Assembly (NCBI GenBank): GCA_964464335.1
Contig: CAYXFT010000001.1
Coordinates: 260 to 57,413, forward strand
Reading direction: 5' to 3'
DNA from: an uncultured Aeromicrobium sp.
GTDB taxonomy: Bacteria; Actinomycetota; Actinomycetes; Propionibacteriales; Nocardioidaceae
DNA: 57,154 nt
Below the pieces are notes generated by a model. It worked only from the letters and a program-made list of their open reading frames with translations, was not told the DNA's origin and did no database searches. Position numbers and translations under genes: made by a program. Positions 45,714 through 54,652 of the stretch are shown here, in pieces (the stretch's first letter is position 1; each line of letters starts with the position of its first letter).

Positions 45714-47660
45714 ATGAGTCTTCAGCCCAAGCCCTTCGACCCCCAGGCGCTGCGTGGCGGCCTCGCCGTCGCCAACCTGCCGACGCTCCTGATGGTCATG
45801 TTCCAGTTGAGCGGCGACCGCCGGTGGCTGAGCGACCCCTACCGGCCGGCTCGCACCAAAGGCATGAGCGACAACGACACCGGCGGCTTCAGCCCCGAGA
45901 TCCAGGACCAGATCCGCACGGCCGCGTTCGACATCCTGAGCGACTGGGGCACCGGCACGCCGATGGCGTTCCCCATGCCCGACGACGACCTGCTCGTCGA
46001 GATGATCACGACCTGCATGGGCGAGCAGGTGCCGGTCGAGTTCGGCCCGATGTTCGCCGAGGACATGCGAGCCGTCGTCGAAGGCGGTCGAGAGCGCACG
46101 CCGGTCGACGGCGCCGAGGACTTCTCCGTCATCATCATCGGGGCGGGCATCTCCGGCATCTCCGCCGCGGTCGAGCTCAAGCGCGTCGGCATCCGAGCCT
46201 CGATCTTCGAGAAGAACCCCGACGTCGGCGGCACGTGGTGGGAGAATCGCTATCCCGGCTGCGGCGTCGACACCCCCAGCCACGTGTACAGCTTCTCCTA
46301 CCAACCGCGTCGCTGGTCGACCTACTACGGCAAGCGCGACGAGGTGCTCGGGTACGTCCGCGACGTCGCCCACGCGACCGGCGTCTTCGACCAGGTGCAG
46401 TTCGACACCGACGTGCAGTCGGCCGTCTACGACGAGGGCTCCCAGCGCTGGACCGTGACCGTCCGCACGGCCGACGGCGCCGTCACCGAGCACGTCGCGA
46501 ACGTCGTCGTGACCGCGGTCGGGCAGCTCAACCGCCCGGCGATCCCCCAGATCGCGGGCTCCGAGAACTTCGCCGGCTCGCAGTTCCACTCGGCCCAGTG
46601 GCCCGAGGGCTTCGACGTCACCGGCATGAAGGTGGGCGTCGTCGGCACCGGAGCGAGTGCCATGCAGATCGTCCCGGCGGTCGCGGACCAGGTCGAGCAC
46701 CTGTCGGTGTTCCAGCGTTCACCGCAGTGGATCGCACCGAGTTTCAACTACACGACCGCCGTGCCGGATCACGTGCACTGGCTCATGGACCACGTCCCGA
46801 ACTACCGCCTCTGGTTCCGGCTGCGGCTGTCGTGGCTGATCAACGACAGGCTCTACCCGTCGCTGGAGATCGATCCCACGTGGGAGCACCCCGAACGGTC
46901 GGTCAACGCGCACAACGACGCGCACCGTCGCGGGCTCACCTCGTACATCGAGGAGCAGCTCGACGGTCGCCCCGAGTTGCTGGCGAAGTCGCAGCCGACC
47001 TACCCGCCGTTCGGCAAGCGCATGCTGATCGACAACGGGTGGTACGCCGCGATCCGCAAGGACGGCGTCGATCTGGTCACCGATCCGGTCGCCTCGATCG
47101 ACGCGACCGGACTGACGACGGAGGCGGGCGAGCACGTCGATCTCGACGTCATCGTCTACGCCACGGGGTTCGAGGCCAAGAAGATGCTCTACCCGATGGA
47201 CGTCCGCGGCCGCGACGGCGTTTCGATCCGCGAGCTCTGGGGCGACGAAGACGCGAAGGCGTATCTGGGCCTCACGGTTCCGGACTTCCCCAACCTGTTC
47301 GTCATGTACGGGCCGAACGTCAACCTGGGCCATGGCGGCAGCTACATGTTCGCCGGCGAATGCCAGGCCCAGTACATCACCGAGATGTGCGTCCGCATGG
47401 TCGAGCAGGGCACGGGAGCCTTCGAGGTCCGTCGCGACGTGCACGACGCGTACAACGATCGCGTGGACGAGCAGCACGACCGTATGATCTGGAGTCACCG
47501 CGGCATGGACACGTGGTACCGCAACGCGAATGGTCGCATCGTCACGAACTCGCCGTGGCGCGTCGTGGACTACTGGATGCTGACCCGGGAGGTCGACCCC
47601 GATGACTTCGTCTTCGAGCCCGCAACCGACTCCCGAGAGCTCGTCCGGGCCGGAGGCTGA
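45714..47660 (+). CDS. Type I Baeyer-Villiger monooxygenase, HAPMO-like
   Basis: GAGISG, GGTWWENRYPGCGVD, FAGSQFHSAQWP, GTGASA, PPFGKR. Confidence 0.93.
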   Translation: MSLQPKPFDPQALRGGLAVANLPTLLMVMFQLSGDRRWLSDPYRPARTKGMSDNDTGGFSPEIQDQIRTAAFDILSDWGTGTPMAFPMPDDDLLVEMITTCMGEQVPVEFGPMFAEDMRAVVEGGRERTPVDGAEDFSVIIIGAGISGISAAVELKRVGIRASIFEKNPDVGGTWWENRYPGCGVDTPSHVYSFSYQPRRWSTYYGKRDEVLGYVRDVAHATGVFDQVQFDTDVQSAVYDEGSQRWTVTVRTADGAVTEHVANVVVTAVGQLNRPAIPQIAGSENFAGSQFHSAQWPEGFDVTGMKVGVVGTGASAMQIVPAVADQVEHLSVFQRSPQWIAPSFNYTTAVPDHVHWLMDHVPNYRLWFRLRLSWLINDRLYPSLEIDPTWEHPERSVNAHNDAHRRGLTSYIEEQLDGRPELLAKSQPTYPPFGKRMLIDNGWYAAIRKDGVDLVTDPVASIDATGLTTEAGEHVDLDVIVYATGFEAKKMLYPMDVRGRDGVSIRELWGDEDAKAYLGLTVPDFPNLFVMYGPNVNLGHGGSYMFAGECQAQYITEMCVRMVEQGTGAFEVRRDVHDAYNDRVDEQHDRMIWSHRGMDTWYRNANGRIVTNSPWRVVDYWMLTREVDPDDFVFEPATDSRELVRAGG

Positions 47661-47661
47661 G

Positions 47662-48291
47662 ATGGCCGCCGTGGCGGCACCGCGTGTCCTCACGGACAAG
47701 TCGGCCAGGACGCAGGAGCGCATCCGGACCGCCGCGGCCCGCGTGCTCAGCGAGCGCGGCATGGCCTCCGCCCGCCTCGGCGACATCGCCGCCGCGGCGG
47801 GCGTGCAGGCGCCGGCGATCTACTACTACTACGCGTCGCGCGAGGAGTTGATCGAGGATGTCATCCGACTCGGCCAGATCGGCACCGAGACACGGGTGAC
47901 GCAGGCGATCGAGGACCTCGATGCCGACACCCCGGCACTGGACAAGATCTGCGTCGCGGTCGAGGCCCACCTGCGCGCGCTGCACGAACTGTCCGACTAC
48001 ACGACCGCCGCGGTGCGCAACGTGGGTCAGATGCCGACCGAGATGCGCGAGCGCATGCGTGCCGACCAGCGTCGGTACGGTCGCGTCTGGAAGCGGCTCT
48101 TCGAGCAGGCCCGCGACCAGGGCGAACTGCGGCCCGACCTCGACCTGCGCACGGCGCAGTTGTTGGTCATCGGTGCCCTGAATTGGACGCCCGAGTGGTG
48201 GGGCGACAGTACGGTGCCGCTCGAGACTCTCGTGACCACGGCGTGCGACCTGACCCGTCGCGGTCTCGCTGCCGACTCGGTGCGACCCTGA
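47662..48291 (+). CDS. TetR-family regulator
   Basis: DIAAAAGVQAPAIYYYYASREEL HTH; GALNW in C-terminal domain. Confidence 0.92.
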   Translation: MAAVAAPRVLTDKSARTQERIRTAAARVLSERGMASARLGDIAAAAGVQAPAIYYYYASREELIEDVIRLGQIGTETRVTQAIEDLDADTPALDKICVAVEAHLRALHELSDYTTAAVRNVGQMPTEMRERMRADQRRYGRVWKRLFEQARDQGELRPDLDLRTAQLLVIGALNWTPEWWGDSTVPLETLVTTACDLTRRGLAADSVRP

Positions 48292-48326
48292 ACGCGGTCA
48301 CGACGACGGTCGACCGCCGCAGCGAC

Positions 48327-49703
48327 GTGGTGGTCACGTCAGTGCTCGGGTTGGCGATCGTGTCGTACGCACTCGTCCAGTCGATGTCGATCCCGGTCAT
48401 CGGATCGATCGCGGACGAGTACGACACCAGTGCCGCCACGGCCACCTGGGTGTTGACCGCCTATCTGATCTCCGCTTCGGTGGCGACGCCGATGCTCGGC
48501 CGGATCGGCGACATGTTCGGCCCGTCGCGCATTCTCGTGCTGTCGCTCATCGTGCTCGCGCTCGGCTGCTTCCTGGCCGCGATCGCACCCAACATCGCCG
48601 TCATGATCGCGGCGCGCGCGATCCAGGGCGCTGCCGGCGGCATCATGCCACTGGCGTTCGGCATCGTGCGCGACGTGCTGCCCCACGGCGTGGTCGCGAG
48701 ACGCATCGGACTGCTCAACGGTCTCGTGGCGGTGGGCATGGCGACCGGCATGGTGATCGCCGGCCCACTCCTGGAGGCCACCAGCCTCGGGTGGCTGTTC
48801 GTCGTTCCGGGCGTCGTGACGCTGTTGGCGGCGATCGCTGCGCACCGGTTCGTCCGCGCGCCGGCGAGAACCGGTGGCGCCTGGGTGAATCCGTGGTCGG
48901 CCACGTTCCTCGCGGCGTGGCTGGTGCTCCTGTTGCTGGGGCTGACCTGGGCCCCCCGGCGCGGCTGGACGGACACCTCCGTGCTGGTGGCCTTCGCGGG
49001 CGGCCTCGTCATGCTCGTGGCGTGGGTCCTGACCGAGCTTCGTGTCAAGGTCCCCATCATCGACATGGCCATCATGCGCGAGCGGACCGTCCTGGTCGGC
49101 AACCTCGCGGCACTCGCAGCGGGTTTCGTCGCGATCGGGTCGTATGCCTATGTGCCCCAGTGGGTACAGCAGCCGACGCCGGTCGGCTTCGGGTCGACCG
49201 TCGGCGAGTCGGGTCTGATGCTGCTGCCGGCCGCGCTCTCGACGTTCGTGACCGGCTTCGTGGCGGTGCCTCTCGCCGCACGCATCTCGGCGGGCCGCGT
49301 CGTGGCCGGCGGTGGTCTGCTCGCCGCCGCGGGCATGAGCACCACGGTGATCTGGCACGAGCCGTGGACCGTCTACCTCGCATGCGGCACGATCGGATTG
49401 GGCATCGGCATGACCTTCGCCTGCGTGTCGGCCGCGATCGTCACCGCCGTCCCGCGCGAGCAGACCGGCGTGGTCAGCGGCATGAACGCCAACCTGCGCA
49501 CCATCGGCGGCGCGATCGGCACGTCGGTCCTGACGTCGGTCGTCGTGGCGCACATCGATCCAGCGACGGGCCAGTCCGACCTGGCGGGGTACGAGACGGC
49601 GTTCGTCGTGCTGGTCGTGGTGGCCCTGCTGTGCAGCCTGGCCGGGACGATGCTGCGGACGGGGCCCCGCGGCGTTGACGTGACGCACGCGACGACGGTC
49701 TGA
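48327..49703 (+). CDS. MFS transporter (DHA2-like, 14 TM)
   Basis: WVLTAY, GRIGDMFG motif A, RAIQG; start uncertain (GTG 48327 or CTG 48288). Confidence 0.88.
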   Translation: MVVTSVLGLAIVSYALVQSMSIPVIGSIADEYDTSAATATWVLTAYLISASVATPMLGRIGDMFGPSRILVLSLIVLALGCFLAAIAPNIAVMIAARAIQGAAGGIMPLAFGIVRDVLPHGVVARRIGLLNGLVAVGMATGMVIAGPLLEATSLGWLFVVPGVVTLLAAIAAHRFVRAPARTGGAWVNPWSATFLAAWLVLLLLGLTWAPRRGWTDTSVLVAFAGGLVMLVAWVLTELRVKVPIIDMAIMRERTVLVGNLAALAAGFVAIGSYAYVPQWVQQPTPVGFGSTVGESGLMLLPAALSTFVTGFVAVPLAARISAGRVVAGGGLLAAAGMSTTVIWHEPWTVYLACGTIGLGIGMTFACVSAAIVTAVPREQTGVVSGMNANLRTIGGAIGTSVLTSVVVAHIDPATGQSDLAGYETAFVVLVVVALLCSLAGTMLRTGPRGVDVTHATTV

Positions 49704-49745
49704 GAACGCAATCGCTCGGGGTCCTCCCACCGGACCGCTGAGAGG

Positions 49746-50762
49746 TCAGCCGAGGGAACGGCGGAGCCCTGGATCCCCGAGGTCCGCCCGCAGTGCGGCC
49801 TTGACGTCGTCCGGGGCGAAACTGGCCTCGACGGCGGCCTCGGCCAGACGCACGACGCCGGCCTCGTCCAGGCCCAGCAACTCGGCCGCGATCTCGTACT
49901 CGCGGTTGAGCGTCGTGCCGAACATGGGCGGGTCGTCGGAGTTGATCGTGACGGTCACGCCGGCCTCGACCAGCGTCGGCAGCGGGTGCTCCTGCAGCGA
50001 CGGCACCGATCGGGTCCGGACGTTCGAGGTCGGGCAGACCTCCAGCGCGATGCCGTCGGCGACGAGCCGCTCCATCAGCGCCGGGTCCTGCGCGGCGGCG
50101 ATCCCGTGTCCGATCCGTTCGGCGCCGAGGTGGTCGAGGCTGTCCCAGATCGACTCCGGACCCGTCGACTCTCCCGCGTGCGGCACGCTGTGCAGGCCGG
50201 CCGCCCGGGCGGCGGCGAAATGGGGAGCGAACTGCGGACGGGGAACCCCGTGTTCGGGTCCGCCGAGGCCGAACGCGACGAGCCCGTCCGGGCGCAGCCG
50301 CAGCGCCGTGTCGAGCGTGACGTCGGCGGACGGCACCCCCGACTCCCCCGGGATGTCGAAGATCCAGCGCAGGGTCAGCCCGAAGTCGCGCTCGGCGGCG
50401 CGGCGGGCGTCCTCGATCGCCTCGACGTAGGCCTCCGCGGAGATCCCCCGGGCGATCGACGTGTAGGGCGTCATCGTGAGTTCGGCGTACCGGACCTGCT
50501 GCGCGGCGAGGTCACGACCGACCTCGTGGGTCAGCGTCCAGAGGTCCTCCGGCGTGCGCAGCAGGTCGACGACCGAGAGGTACACCTCGATGAAGTGACC
50601 GAAGTCGGTGAAGGTGAAGTAGTCGGCCAGCGCCGCGGGGTCGGTCGGCACCGGCGAATCGGGATGTCGGGCGGCCAGCCGCGCGACGGTGTCCGGCGAG
50701 GCGGAGCCGACGTGGTGGACGTGCAGTTCGGCCTTGGGCAGTGCCGCGATGAAGTCCTTCAC
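49746..50762 (-). CDS. add: Adenosine/adenine deaminase family
   Basis: LPKAELHVH, HAGE, RIGHG, CPTSN, NSDDP; GTG start just after upp stop. Confidence 0.92.
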   Translation of the reverse strand: MKDFIAALPKAELHVHHVGSASPDTVARLAARHPDSPVPTDPAALADYFTFTDFGHFIEVYLSVVDLLRTPEDLWTLTHEVGRDLAAQQVRYAELTMTPYTSIARGISAEAYVEAIEDARRAAERDFGLTLRWIFDIPGESGVPSADVTLDTALRLRPDGLVAFGLGGPEHGVPRPQFAPHFAAARAAGLHSVPHAGESTGPESIWDSLDHLGAERIGHGIAAAQDPALMERLVADGIALEVCPTSNVRTRSVPSLQEHPLPTLVEAGVTVTINSDDPPMFGTTLNREYEIAAELLGLDEAGVVRLAEAAVEASFAPDDVKAALRADLGDPGLRRSLG

Positions 50763-50769
50763 GTCCGGC

Positions 50770-51411
50770 TCAGTCGACGACGCCGTAGAGCCGGTCGCCC
50801 GCGTCACCCAGACCCGGGACGATGTAGCCCTTGTCGTTGAGGCGCTCGTCGAGTCCGGCCGTCACGAGCGTGACCGGGACGTCGACGTGGGCGGTGTCGC
50901 CCTCGACCCGCGCGATGCCCTCGGGCGCGGCCAGCAGGGTGATCGCGGTGATCTGCGAGGCGCCACGCCTGACGAGGAAGTCGATCGCCATCGCGAGGGT
51001 CCCGCCGGTGGCCAGCATCGGGTCGAGCACGTAGCACTGGCGACCGTCGAGCCGGTCGGGCAGCCGCTCGGCGTAGGTCTCGGGGTCGAGGGTCTCCTCG
51101 TTGCGGATCATCCCGAGGAAGCCGACCTCGGCGGTCGGCAGGAGTCGCTGCATGCCCTCGAGCATGCCGAGCCCGGCGCGCAGGATGGGCACGACGAGCG
51201 GACCGGGGCTGGTGAGCTTGACGCCGGTCGTGGCGGCCACGGGCGTGACGACGTCGACGGTCTCGACGCTGACGTCACGGGTGGCCTCGTAGGCGAGCAG
51301 CGTGACGAGCTCCTCGGTGAGCCGTCGGAACGTGGGCGAGTCGGTGTTCTCGTCCCGCAGGACCGACAGCTTGTGGGAGATGAGCGGATGGTCGGCGACG
51401 TGGACGCGCAT
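50770..51411 (-). CDS. upp: Uracil phosphoribosyltransferase
   Basis: [29 protein letters not shown]. Confidence 0.97.
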   Translation of the reverse strand: MRVHVADHPLISHKLSVLRDENTDSPTFRRLTEELVTLLAYEATRDVSVETVDVVTPVAATTGVKLTSPGPLVVPILRAGLGMLEGMQRLLPTAEVGFLGMIRNEETLDPETYAERLPDRLDGRQCYVLDPMLATGGTLAMAIDFLVRRGASQITAITLLAAPEGIARVEGDTAHVDVPVTLVTAGLDERLNDKGYIVPGLGDAGDRLYGVVD

Positions 51412-51457
51412 GGGTCGAGGGTAGCGGTCGACTCGACGCGTCTGTCACCATCGCTGT

Positions 51458-51919
51458 GTGGCCGAAGACGATGTCGACTTCGTGGTCGCCGCGTATCGCG
51501 ACGACGGCGCCTGGACGGTGGTGGAACTGCCTCCCCGGCTCGGTGAGGACTTCACCGAGTTCTCCGACGCTCTGGCCCGTTTCCCGTCCGAGGTCGGCGT
51601 CCTGGGGCTGGCGTCGGTCAACGACGACTTCTTCGTGATCGTGCGACGCAGCGGCGACCACGTGCGCGCCCTGCTGTCCGACTCGACCGCGACGTGGGAC
51701 TGGCCGCTGGCCGCCGACCTCGCCGAGCTCATCAACGCTCCCGACGCCGACGAGGACCCCGTCCCGGTCGGCGACCTCGAGATCGTCAGCGACCTCGGGC
51801 TGGCCTCGATCGAGCTGGAACTGTTGTGTGACGACGACGAGCTCTTCCCGGACGAGGCGCTCGGCGACCTCGCGGACAAGCTCGGCTTCGGCGACCAGTT
51901 CGAGGCGATCGTCGGGTGA
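51458..51919 (+). CDS. Acidic tRNA adenosine deaminase-associated protein (Rv3753c-like)
   Basis: Very acidic; FFVIVR, LLSD, PVGDL...DLG; GTGA-coupled to tadA as is typical in actinobacteria. Confidence 0.85.
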   Translation: MAEDDVDFVVAAYRDDGAWTVVELPPRLGEDFTEFSDALARFPSEVGVLGLASVNDDFFVIVRRSGDHVRALLSDSTATWDWPLAADLAELINAPDADEDPVPVGDLEIVSDLGLASIELELLCDDDELFPDEALGDLADKLGFGDQFEAIVG

Positions 51920-52371
51920 CACCCTCCCCCTGGGCGCCGTTCATGGAACGCGCGCTCGACCTTGCGCGTGAGGCGGCCGCCGAGGCCGACGTGCCCGTCG
52001 GCGCGGTCGTGGTGCACGACGGGGTGATCGTCGGGCAGGGCCGCAACACCCGCGAGCGCGACCTCGACCCCACCGGCCACGCCGAGGTCGTCGCCCTGCG
52101 CGCCGCGGCCGAGACCTTGGGGCGGTGGCGCCTCGACGGCTGCACCCTCGTCGTGACGCTCGAACCCTGCACGATGTGCGCCGGCGCCGTGGTGTCGTCC
52201 CGCGTCGACCGGCTCGTGTTCGGCGCGTGGGACGCCAAGGCCGGCGCCGTCGGCTCGCTGTGGGACGTCGTCCGCGACCGCCGCCTCAACCACCGGCCCG
52301 AGGTCGTCCCCGACGTGCTGGCCGACTCCTCCGCCGCCCTGCTGCGGGCGTTCTTCGACGACCGGCGCTGA
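51916..52371 (+). CDS. tadA: tRNA adenosine(34) deaminase
   Basis: PVGAV, DPTGHAE, TLEPCTMC, KAGAVGS, LNH. Confidence 0.93.
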   Translation: MTPSPWAPFMERALDLAREAAAEADVPVGAVVVHDGVIVGQGRNTRERDLDPTGHAEVVALRAAAETLGRWRLDGCTLVVTLEPCTMCAGAVVSSRVDRLVFGAWDAKAGAVGSLWDVVRDRRLNHRPEVVPDVLADSSAALLRAFFDDRR

Positions 52372-52381
52372 GGCTCGAAGT

Positions 52382-52463
52382 TTCCCCGGTTAAGTGGGTT
52401 TCCTGCCACTTCCTGAGGGTTACGAACCTCAATAAGTGCCAGAGAACCCACTTAACCGGGGAA
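52382..52463. repeat. 82-bp imperfect palindrome with perfect 19-bp terminal inverted repeats (REPIN/MITE-like)
   Basis: TTCCCCGGTTAAGTGGGTT (52382-52400) pairs with AACCCACTTAACCGGGGAA (52445-52463); inner CTG/CAG, CACTT/AAGTG, TGAGG/CCTCA stems. Confidence 0.75.
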
Positions 52464-52516
52464 TCTGCACCCCCCGAACCACCGACGGGAATACCCGGCG
52501 CACCCACGCGTTCCAC

Positions 52517-52534
52517 TAGTTGAATGTTTAACTA
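52517..52534. promoter_or_regulatory. 18-bp inverted repeat; probable MarR-family (RosR-like) operator
   Basis: TAGTTGAA-TG-TTTAACTA ending 20 nt before the LLM start. Confidence 0.6.
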
Positions 52535-52554
52535 CTTTGTGGGAGAGTGACTTC

Positions 52555-53655
52555 ATGAGCAGCATGCAGATCGGCATCTTCACCGTCGGCGACGTCACGA
52601 CGGACCCGACGAACGGGACCACGCCGTCGGAGCACGAGCGCATCAAGAACACGGTCGCCATCGCGAAGAAGGCCGAGGAGGTGGGCCTGGACGTGTTCGC
52701 CACCGGCGAGCACCACAACCCGCCGTTCGTGCCGTCCAGCCCCACGACGACCCTCGCCTACATCGGCGCACAGACCGAGAAGATCATCCTGTCGACATCG
52801 ACGACCCTGATCACGACCAACGACCCGGTCAAGCTCGCCGAGGACTACGCGACGTTGCAGCACCTCGTCGACGGCCGCATGGACCTCATGCTCGGCCGCG
52901 GCAACACCGCCCCGGTCTATCCGTGGTTCGGCAAGGACATCAGCAAGGCCGTCGAGCTGACGATCGAGAACTACCAACTGCTGCGCCAGCTCTGGAGTGA
53001 GCCGGTCGTCAACTGGGAGGGCAAGTTCCGCACGCCGCTGCAGGGATTCACGGCGACGCCCGCTCCGCTCGACGGCGTGGCCCCGTTCGTCTGGCACGGC
53101 TCGATCCGCACCCCCGAGGTCGCCGAGCTTGCTGCCTTCTACGGTGACGGCTACTTCGCCAACAACATCTTCTGGCCGAAGGAGCACTACATCCAACTGA
53201 TCAACTTCTACCGCCAGCGCTACGCCCACTACGGGCACGGCACGGCGGAGCAGGCGATCGTCGGTCTCGGCGGCCAGTTCTTCATGCGCAAGAACAGCCA
53301 GGACGCGGTCAACGAGTTCCGGCCGTACTTCGACAACGCGCCGGTCTACGGCCACGGTCCGAGCATGGAGGACTTCACGTCGCAGACTCCGCTGACGGTC
53401 GGCAGTCCCCAGCAGGTGCTCGAGCGCACGCTCGAGTTCGCGAACTACTTTGGCGACTACCAGCGTCAGTTGTTCCTCGTCGACCACGCGGGCCTGCCGC
53501 TGAAGACGGTCTTGGAGCAACTCGACCTGCTCGGCGAGATCCTGCCCACGATGCGCGCCGAGTTCGACGCACGGCGCCCGGCGAACGTGCCGGACGCCCC
53601 CACCCACGCGGCCCGAGTGGCCGCCGCGAAGCAGACGGATGAGGTCTCGGTATGA
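52555..53655 (+). CDS. LLM-class flavin-dependent oxidoreductase (CE1758-like)
   Basis: MQIGIFTVGDVTTDP, TGEHHNPPF, GRGN, WHGSIR, DHAGLP. Confidence 0.92.
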   Translation: MSSMQIGIFTVGDVTTDPTNGTTPSEHERIKNTVAIAKKAEEVGLDVFATGEHHNPPFVPSSPTTTLAYIGAQTEKIILSTSTTLITTNDPVKLAEDYATLQHLVDGRMDLMLGRGNTAPVYPWFGKDISKAVELTIENYQLLRQLWSEPVVNWEGKFRTPLQGFTATPAPLDGVAPFVWHGSIRTPEVAELAAFYGDGYFANNIFWPKEHYIQLINFYRQRYAHYGHGTAEQAIVGLGGQFFMRKNSQDAVNEFRPYFDNAPVYGHGPSMEDFTSQTPLTVGSPQQVLERTLEFANYFGDYQRQLFLVDHAGLPLKTVLEQLDLLGEILPTMRAEFDARRPANVPDAPTHAARVAAAKQTDEVSV

Positions 53656-54257
53656 CCATCCGCATCGTCGCCCTGTCCGCCGGTCTCGGCGAGCCGTCGA
53701 CCACGCGCATGCTGGCCGATCGGCTCGCCACGGCGGCCGACAACGCGATCGACGGCACCACCAGCATCGAGGTCGTGAACCTGCGCGAGTTCGCGCACGA
53801 GATCACCGACGCCGCCCTCACCGGTTTCGCCGCGCCGCGACTGCAGCACGTCTACGACCTGGTGACGGCGGCCGACGCGCTGATCGTCGTCGTGCCGACG
53901 TTCAAGGCCTCCTACCCGGGCCTGTTCAAGTCGTTCGTCGATGCGATGGACAACGAGGACCTGATCGGCAAGGTCGTGCTCGTGGCGGCCACCGGAGGCA
54001 CGGCGCGGCACTCGCTCGTGATCGACTTCGCACTGCGACCGCTGTTCGCGTACCTGCAGTCCGTGATCGTGCCGACCGGCGTGTTCGCCAGTCCGCACGA
54101 CTGGGGCTCGGGCGGCGAAGGGGCCCTGCAGAGTCGCATCGAACGGGCGGCCAGCGAGTTGGCCAGCCTGCTCGGCGGCACTGGTTCGGGCCGATCGAAG
54201 GACGACGAGATCGACCTGTTCAGCCCCACGATGCTGTCGATCAGCCAGCCGGGCTGA
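53652..54257 (+). CDS. NAD(P)H-dependent FMN reductase (CE1759-like)
   Basis: LSAGL..PSTTR, PTFKASYPGLFK, ATGGTARHSL; ATGA-coupled to the LLM gene. Confidence 0.92.
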   Translation: MTIRIVALSAGLGEPSTTRMLADRLATAADNAIDGTTSIEVVNLREFAHEITDAALTGFAAPRLQHVYDLVTAADALIVVVPTFKASYPGLFKSFVDAMDNEDLIGKVVLVAATGGTARHSLVIDFALRPLFAYLQSVIVPTGVFASPHDWGSGGEGALQSRIERAASELASLLGGTGSGRSKDDEIDLFSPTMLSISQPG

Positions 54258-54608
54258 TCACAGGTCCAGCGTCGCCTGACCAACGATGGTCAGCGGAATC
54301 CCAACGACCGCCAAGGCGACACCGGCAGACACGGATCCGGTGACCGCCAGTCCCGCAGCGGCTGCCAGGACGAGCACACTGCCGAGCGTGATCCGGGCAC
54401 CGGTGTCGAGCCGGTGCCCGGCCTTCGGCGACATCCAGGTGCCCCACACCGCAGCCAGCGCCACGACGACGGCGGCCGTGACCAACCACCCGACGACGCC
54501 TCCCCCGGCCAGCCGGTACGCGGTGACCCCGGCGGCGATGAACAGCGCGATCTCGATCGCGAACACGGCAGCTCCGAGGACCAGTTGACGACCTGACAGG
54601 CTCTCCAC
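54258..54608 (-). CDS. YrdB/DUF2568-like small membrane protein
   Basis: F.IE in first helix, WGTWMSPKA motif, four hydrophobic segments; GTG start inferred. Confidence 0.75.
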   Translation of the reverse strand: MESLSGRQLVLGAAVFAIEIALFIAAGVTAYRLAGGGVVGWLVTAAVVVALAAVWGTWMSPKAGHRLDTGARITLGSVLVLAAAAGLAVTGSVSAGVALAVVGIPLTIVGQATLDL

Positions 54609-54652
54609 CCCGTCAGCGTGGAGCCTCGTCGCGCCCCGCGTCAACGCCTGCC

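Noticed and set aside
336..49703. Calling it the cholesterol or bile-acid degradation cluster and assigning fadE, ltp2, echA20, kstR2 or hapE symbols
   Set aside because: Ring-degradation signature genes are absent, no KstR/KstR2-type operator was noticed, and orthology cannot be established without a search
264..49745. Cluster as a mobile genomic island with att sites
   Set aside because: No integrase, transposase or relaxase; only a 7-bp TCTGAGA match at both ends, which includes stop codons; no obvious GC shift by eye
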